In this document: positions 55,977-64,000 of the stretch, in pieces | Layout: each line of letters starts with the position of its first letter | Position numbering within the stretch: position 1 is the stretch's first letter | Origin: Auanema rhodensis | Lineage: Eukaryota > Animalia > Nematoda | Direction of reading: 5' to 3' | Assembly (NCBI GenBank): GCA_964057225.1 | Contig: OZ059898.1 | Span: 16,182,001-16,246,000, forward strand | Length of the DNA: 64,000 bases | The notes under the pieces: model-generated | What the model was told of the DNA's origin: nothing | Seen by the model: the letters and a program-made list of their open reading frames with translations, nothing else | The model's database searches: none | Program-made: the position numbers and the translations under genes

Positions 55977-57856
55977 ATGGTAGTAGGCAGGGCTTTTGCC
56001 AAACGTCGTCAATCTGTTGCTCCACCAACTCTCTTAGCTGCTAGAAATCGAGGTATATTACATAAAAATTTTGAAAATCAATATACTAGCATTCAATGTT
56101 TTAATTTTTTTGAATAGTTCTTCAAAGTATGTTGGAGGCAAATATTGCTTTGACTGTGTAAGATAAGAGCTCATCAAGTAATGCTTATACATCCAAATAA
56201 ACGAGCCTAAAATTGCTTGTTTCGGATTTAGCCACAATATAGCTCTGTTATTCCTTCTAATATTTTTTTGAACTAAAATTTTAAAAAATGATTCGAACTT
56301 CTATGCATCGTACACGATCATCATTACAAACCCATCGTTTAAGTACAGGTTCCACAAAAGATAATGAAACTTCCTATAAACTAAGAAGTATGTATTTGAA
56401 TTTCTATAAATAGCATTTATTCTATTAAATTATTATTTCAAATAATTTTTTTTCATAAAAATTCAATTATTCTAATCAAAACGTGAATTCATTTACGTTC
56501 TATTTGGAACTTGTAGTTGTTTCTTTTTTTAATCAAAAATGATACAGAGCTTTCTTGTATTTCAATTACCTATTTATTTTTTATTTTTTCAGATAAATCA
56601 CTAAAAAGACGTCGTAATACTGATGATGATTCATCTATTCAAGGTAAAATATTAAATAATTCAAAAAAAATAATATATTCATAATGTTATATTAAATTAA
56701 CTATATTTCAAAGAAAATATGTTTATGTTTATCATAATAATTTAGTATCATCAACTTCAGAAACATTAGATGCTCGTCCTCGTCCTTCTATCGACTTTCC
56801 AACCGCCGTGCTTGAGGTAACCTTATTATATTTGATGTTTGTATCATTGATCATTTCTTTTTGATTAAATTATTATAAATCTTAATCTACAATTAAACTG
56901 TAATTTCAAAAAAATATTTATATATAAGTAATATTAGCTCAACAACTTGTAGACTTTTTAGATCAAAAATGTTAATAGAAAACAGGTTAATGTAGCGGTT
57001 AATATGTAAGTAGTTAGTCGTCTGGATTTATACGAGTCTTTCATTATTGTCCGGAAGTCTTTAATGCAACGTTTGAAGTATTCCATTCTATAGCAATAGC
57101 TTCAAATGTGCCCCCAAAAAGGCTTTTTCATTTTCAACTTAGTCCTACTTCATGCTCGGACTTGCTTGTTACCTCTCCTTCTAAACTTCCGAGCAGCTTC
57201 TCTGTCTCATGTCTCCACTCTTTCAACCCGTCGTTTCTCTCTTTATTTCTTTCTCTCTTTCAAGAAAGAATAGGAAAAAAAGCTGGTACCCTTAAAAGCA
57301 CGACAAACTCTCTGTTCCTATACACAATTCTCGTTTTCCCTCTTATTACAACCAAAACCAATCTCAGCGGTCCTTTTTCGATTTGTGTGTGTTGGTACCC
57401 TCTCAGAGACGTACTTCTCAGAGCCTCCAATGCTCTTTCTCACTCATCAATCTCTCGTCTCAATGGATTATGATTGTTAATTTAGAAGAATAAAAAGAAA
57501 ATATTGGCCTCAACTATTTGCGAGAAGGAGGTGGGTTCTTATAATATTTAGATTCCTCCCATCCCCCCCCCCATCGATAAGCGAACAACGGCGACAACTA
57601 TTTCACTCTCTTTTTCTTCTTCATCTTCATTTTTTTGGTCTGATTCTCATCATTCCAACTTCTCATTTTCTTATTCTCTTTCTTTCTATTACTCTTCTTC
57701 CTCCTCCAATTACTCTCCATATCTATCTATATTTCTCTCACTATTCCTTACTTTTCCCTCTCTCATTTACAATATTCGTCATCTTTTAATATTTCCGCTA
57801 TTCACATCTTTATGGGAGTTTTGTCGAAAAATAATACTTTTTCCCTAATAATTAAT

Positions 57857-57894
<38 letters not shown>

Positions 57895-58443
57895 TTTCCT
57901 CAAAAACTTTTATAAAGAATTTTATTTTAAACTCTCTATTTAATCGATTAATTAAATTTATTAAACATGCAATCATATACAAAGCTTTTTTTTTCAAATT
58001 AAGTCAAATTTATGTCTTTTCATAATTTTACATTCCGCTTTATGCTGCATAGTTTGAATGAATAGCTATTTTTTTATTCTTAAAAATGTATTTTTTGGCA
58101 AAATGCTGTCTTTGACCTTAGATTACTACCAAGATTTTGAGTTTATACCCTTTGCTTCCTTGCCAGCAAGTTACGCTCATCTCCTTCAGCCCCAATTGTC
58201 ATTCTCATACATATAAATGATGAAAAGGCCCTTCTATGGACATAAACACAATCATATTACCGCAAAAGAGTGTGTTGCTTCGTTTATGAGAGACAGTGGA
58301 CAAGATGTGAAAGGGAGAGAGAAAGCTAGAGATGGAGATAAAGAGAAAGCAAGAGGGAGAAAGAAAGAAAGAGAAAGAATGAAAGCGAGAGAGAGGATAG
58401 AGATAGAGAGAGAAAAGAGAGAGAGATAAAGAGAGAGATGAAA

Positions 58444-58493
<50 letters not shown>

Positions 58494-61400
58494 TCATTCT
58501 GTAATTTTTTTGTCAACCTAGCTTTCATGAATGAAATGTTATTCGAAGAATATTAATTTAGCTGAGAATTGATTTTATTTCTTCCAAAATTATAAAATAT
58601 TCTAATACTTTAGCTTCTCATATAATTTTCTCATTCAAGTTCATTTACATCATATTTAACTGCTTTCCTTTCATTTGCTTGGACCTTCTTACTTCATTCA
58701 TATTTTCTATTTCTTTACAACAACTGATAAGTTTCATATCTATTTAGTGGATTTTACAATATCTGATTAAATAATTTCTTTTTTCTCTTCGAAAACATAA
58801 TACATTGAAGGATATAGTATGTTAAGATGATTAAATATTTACTGATTACTTTAAAAATGATGTGAAATCTTTCTTTTTTTTTGAAAATCAAAGTTTAAGC
58901 TGTAGTACCTCGTGAGATTCAAGACAGTTTTAAGCTGTGTTTGGAAGAGGAAGGGTGAAACGTGAAGAATGTCTTCAAACTAGAGATGTGATGAGATTTT
59001 TCCTTATTTGGGCAATATTCCGCTTTGTTAGATTCTAATTGTATGCCACAGCGTCCTGAGCACATATAGAGAGAAAAGACACATGACTTCATCATTTGTT
59101 GATGATTTTCGGCTCCTTTTCTCTCTCTCTCTATCTCCTTTCTCCCTCCATCTTCTTCCTCATTCCCTTCTTTTCGCTATTTCTGGGCGATCCAATCTTT
59201 CCCTGTCCAGCCGAAAGTATGCATAAGGACCAAGCTTTTACATTTACATCTTATCGTCGGCACAGATTCCGATGTGAATGACGGCATTCTGAAATTAAAC
59301 GTAGGCTGATGTGTTATTCACAATTCGTTCCTTGGCTCCCAAAAGCTGGTGCTAAGCATGAAAAGCTGAACATGTTGTTGTGTGATTTATCAGTATCTTA
59401 GAACTTATTCACCTGTTGATCATTCTTACCTGATTTCTTCCCTCTATAATCAGACACATCTGCTTCTCATATCAAGCACATAAGGGATGATGTTGGGAAA
59501 GGAAGCGTTCAGTAGATGCCAAACTATTATTTTCCGCCTCTCTCTTGTCTTATTGAGAACTGCATCGTTATTCGGATGTCGCGAAAAATATTTGATATTT
59601 GTCACTTATTCCACAACTATTTTTTAGTGAAGAACCAACTAACCTTCTGCCTATCATCTTCCTCTTCCAATGTTTTTTTCTTTTTTTCTGTATTCACTTT
59701 TCACAAGTCATTTTTAATTTCTCTTTGACATATTCTCTATTCCTTCACCCTCTCTCTCTTTTTATAGTTTTCTTCTATCTTCTTTCTCTTCTAGAGTATC
59801 CTCTTTTTTCACTTTTCATTAACCCAACACATATCGAGTCCAATTCCCAAAGTTTTTTCTTTTATTTTGAAGACAATATGCCCACCCATTTGTTTTTTCT
59901 ACATGTATGGATGTATATGGAATTTATCCTTAATTCTATTATTTTATCTACAAATGGATAATTAATTATATTTATATAATGACTTTATCTTTATCACTAT
60001 TTGGATTACAAGATGATATTATGGTAATCTTAGATTTTCTTGATATATCATGATAAATGGAGGGAAACGTCGTTCTCATGTAGTGCTAATTGGAATTCGA
60101 ATTTCAATAATGCTTTTGCTATGTAAATATGGAGTCGTATTCGTAACTTTTGAAATTTTAACTTCTAACTGATGAATTTTCACGTTCTGTCAGCAATTTT
60201 AATCAACAAAGAAGCTTTGCATTCAAAGTTGGTCAAGTAACCTAAAGCTTTTCTCGTTTGCCTTTACTACTATTTCAATTAGTTTCCATCACTATATCAT
60301 CAAAGAGTCTTTCCTCTTTCTATAACATTATTATTTTTTCAGGCTGCTCGTAGAGCTTCCCTCCGACCAGGCGCCTCTTCTCCGTCGTTTCTATCTGAAT
60401 CTGTTAACAGTCCTGACGACGAAACAGAAGATCATCGAGTTTCTAGTCCAGCACGTAGAAGGTTAATTTTCTTTTTTTTTTCAACTTTTTTCTTAACCCT
60501 GTAAACCAGAGCCTATTTCGATTTGTTTTGCCATTGCAAGCTAAGGCAAGGTTTTTAATTATACTAATTATGAAGCTATTTTAAAAGCGCTTTCGTCCTC
60601 CTTTGCCTATAATGAGACTTTCAATCTCCACATATGACTTAAAATTATTTTTTATTTCATTAGATTTACATGAAGAATAAGATATGAGATGATTTGCCAA
60701 GTTAGGGGGAAACTGGTCAAATTCTTAGATTTCCTGCTTCCGCTTCACGTCAATATTGAAGACCCTTTTTCATAAATGGGCTTTCGATTAACAGAGTCAA
60801 ATGCATTGCTTGACCTGTTAAATGGCTTCTGCTACAGAAAAAATATTTTGAATATTCTCTGTTGTTTGGTATATAGTATGTGAAACTACTACGCTTATAC
60901 ATTATCAATAAGAACATAATGAGAAACAATTAAATATTTCTAATACTTAGTTAAAACATATAATAACATTTGTTTTTGTTTTTTTTCAAAAGTCTTCAAA
61001 AATATATAAAATAAAAGTTTTATAGATAATAATTATTATCATAATTATATATAAATTAAAGAAAAATAATATTATTTATTTATATTTTAATATATAAAGA
61101 ATGTTCTGTTCTATTCGTTCATATCCAATGGTCATAAGTCCATCTTAATCTCTTTATGAGATGACCAATTGCAAAAAAGCTAGAGAGTATAGTCCAAGTG
61201 ACAAAGTATGGCATTTAGATATAATCCTTTCCTCCATTCTATTTCTATCATTTCTCTCTTTTCCTTATATATCTTTCTTGCTGTCTCTTACACAGGACAT
61301 TGATTCAGTTGAAACAATAGAGAATTGATATTCTTATACAAATTTTGAGAGAGTTAAGAAAGAAAAAGTCAAACTAAAAGCCAGAAAAGAATACAACGAC

Positions 61401-63282
61401 GGTATCAGCTCACAAATGAAAAACCACTACCCGTTTGCTATTGCATTGACTACTTACTAACTTAAAAAAATACTTACAACTATCTATCTTATTTCGTAAT
61501 ATTTCTATTTCATTATTATATTTATATAAAATTTTCTTCTCTATTCAATTGATTTTCAGTTTAAATAAATTGGAAAAAGGTACAAAACACATGGTTTCCC
61601 ATTGATCTTGTAACGAATATTTGATTGAAAAAAGAAAGATTCTCTTCTTAATATTTTCATTGTGACCTTTAATCCGTCCACATTTTTACTTTCTTTTTTT
61701 ATTAAAATTAACTTGAATATTCTAAACTTTTTGTTATATACATACATATCTCTATACACATATTCACATTTATTTACTCTTTTTTTCTTTTTAATTTAAT
61801 CAAAAATTATTTTCTTTATAATAGAATCTAATGCCAAATAGTCCTGAGTATAAACCCATCGACAACTCTATTTCTGAATTACATGAAGTCGAAAATCATG
61901 AAAATACGTATACAACAAATAGTATTTTGGGTTACTTGAATCCAGCACAAATTCTCTTTATGAGGCCACCTGGCTATGAAAGGTAAGTTAGCAATGTGTT
62001 TTCAATCTAAACTGTTCTTTGAAAAATTACGATAAATTGGAAATAAGTGAAGACTTAGTTTGGTCTGACAATCTCTAGTGGTTGAATGACTGAAGCGTTC
62101 CAGCTTGCACGATGTCCATACTTAAGTTGGTTATACACAGCTTAGGAGGAGTTGTTTCACATACTCGAAAACGGCTGTTAACGTAACCAATGAATTGTTG
62201 GAAAAAGGCTATACTATGCACGGCAAATGTTGAAAAAGTCTGAAAACTGTGTTTTGACTTTACTTGCCACCCTGGCCATCTTTTGATGAATGGCACATTG
62301 GCTATATCTACAGATATGAGTCTTATTCGGGAGAGGGCAGGCTGTCAAAAAAACGAGAAATGCCCCCTTGGGACAAGACAACGAAATTGTTCTCTGTCAC
62401 ATCGTATATGAAGATTTCACGGCGGCCAGCTAGCCCTGTTTAGGCATCCATATCAGGCCATCGACTTTGGCCATCGCTTTTAATTTCGAATTTAGTTCAT
62501 CTTCAATGTTTTTCGGTTATTTTCCTTGATTTTGTGGTAAAAGAAGTTTCAATGAGCACAATTTTCAATTTATTTTTGAAAGATATTTCAATTTTACTCA
62601 CTCTTTCATAATGTTTTCTTTTAAAAAAGTCAGATGAATTCTTAATAAGCACGCAAATAGTAAATTCATTCTCTTTCTTTTCAAAATATCTCATTTACTG
62701 AAGAAAATAAAACTTTAGAAATCATTTAACAAGGTTAAAACTAGGAGCAAAGGTTGTATTCTCTGAATTGAACATCTGTTAGTCTGTTAATAAGGCCTTG
62801 TCTGGTATTCTAAGAAATTGTTATCCAGAGCCTTCACAGAGAGAAAGAAAGAGAAAACGACGCGCACATATATACGACGTTTGACTTTGTATATTCTGTT
62901 GTGCGAGCACACACATCTATCTATATAACTATATATAACTATATATATATAGTTATATATATATATAAATCTATATATATATATATATGTTTATTTTGTT
63001 TTTTAAGGCAAAAAGTTAATAAGTTAAGTTAATGAGAGAAAAAGACCATGTCTGATTAACTGACTGGAGAATCAAAACTTACTTTTTCAGCAGAAAAAAA
63101 TATAATATATCAGTATATGTTTGAAATTTTATTTATTTTAACTATTATAATTATCTTTTATTTATAATTTTAATTAATATTCTTTCTCTTTTCAGAGTTG
63201 TGGATGTGAGCGATCATAAAACATGTGCCTTATTGATGGCCAAAATGAAAGAGAACAGTCGACAGTTGCCCTCACCTAGCCA
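55977..63282 (+). CDS. unc-2: Voltage-gated calcium channel CaV2 alpha-1 subunit, N-terminal exons only (gene continues beyond the window): 55977-56052, 56593-56643, 56746-56816, 60343-60461, 63196-63282
   Basis: In-phase splicing gives MVVGRAFAKRRQSVAPP...FPTAVLEAARRASLRPGASSPSFLSES...ARRRVVDVSDHKTCALLMAKMKENSRQLPSPS, matching the recalled UNC-2 cytoplasmic N-terminus (KTCALLM..MKE.SRQLPSPS). No channel domain lies inside the window. Confidence 0.8.
61831..61982 (+). CDS. unc-2: Alternative first coding exon of unc-2 (MPNSPEYKP...SILGYLNPAQILFMRPPGYER)
   Basis: Acceptor ends at 61824, ATG at 61831, open to AG|gtaagt in phase 2, which joins exon 63196 in frame. It cannot follow exon 60343-60461 because that splice gives an immediate TAA. 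Confidence 0.7.
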
Positions 63283-64000
63283 GTAAGTTTTTTTTTTTTT
63301 GAATTTTATTCATAATTATAATATTATTATTTATTTTAATTTTATAATTTGTTATATTGATTTAATGGTAAAATTAAAACGTTGTTATAAGGTTAAGGTA
63401 AAAAACTTCGGTTTGATCATTATTATTTGATGTCAGAATGAAATAACGGCACCCACATTTTAAACTTGTAAAATCTTTAAAAGGAAGTATATGCTTAGAT
63501 CTGTGATGCTGAGAAAATCAAGATGGCATCTTCAGTTCAAATGCTGATATAGGGATCATCCAAGTATATCTTTGAGTGTCTAGTTATCTGCTTGAAAACT
63601 TCCTAACATCTTTTATTCTCTCTTTACTCATGTGTAATCTGAATTTTGCAATGACGTTTGAGTGAAATAGCTGATGATCATGAAGTTTCGAGGCAGATAA
63701 GAATCCAAAAAGTGAAGAAAAATGAAAAACGATGTAAAAGCTGATGAATAGAGAAACATGATGATGGAGAAGACAATGATCTTCAGCCCATTTCTCATCT
63801 CTTCCTGTCTTCGAACTGCTAATATATTCGCATTTAGTTTTCTAATGAAATATGTATGTATGAGACAAGAAGTCACCCAGGAACGTATGGGCTTCTACCA
63901 GCTGCTTCATCTGCTACTTGTGATGATGATGATGGTCGTAGCGCTTGTGGCGTTATTGAAAACGAACTAATCTAATGTCTTTTTTGATTACTTCGCTTGA

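Noticed and set aside
62799-62811. 13-nt match to the body of miR-50 (TGTCTGGTATTCT)
   Set aside because: The seed is absent and no precursor hairpin is evident.
1-64000. Prokaryotic-type systems (CRISPR arrays, defence operons) and rRNA genes
   Set aside because: The DNA is intron-rich and eukaryotic; no repeat-spacer array or rRNA-like sequence was seen.

Overview
Very AT-rich eukaryotic DNA with many 40-60 nt GT-AG introns and TTTCAG-type acceptors, consistent with a nematode genome (species not determinable). Most entries in the ORF track are exon fragments or low-complexity artefacts, so gene models were rebuilt by hand from splice sites. Left end: a dense cluster of a minus-strand astacin-EGF-CUB gene whose zinc-binding motif is destroyed, a minus-strand truncated type-II membrane M1-aminopeptidase-like gene, a plus-strand Na+/H+ exchanger and a secreted Ser/Thr-rich mucin-like gene. 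Middle: a long non-coding stretch with mariner relics that is probably the promoter and ~16 kb first intron of the neuropeptide GPCR npr-4, which also shows alternative C-terminal splicing. Right: efhc-1 (DM10 domains) head-to-head with the TRPV channel ocr-4, then the 5' part of the CaV2 channel unc-2 with two alternative first exons. The most notable observations are the tandem pair of intact but apparently catalytically disabled zinc metalloproteases and the divergent efhc-1/ocr-4 pair. Orthology calls rest on recalled C. elegans sequences and need BLAST confirmation.
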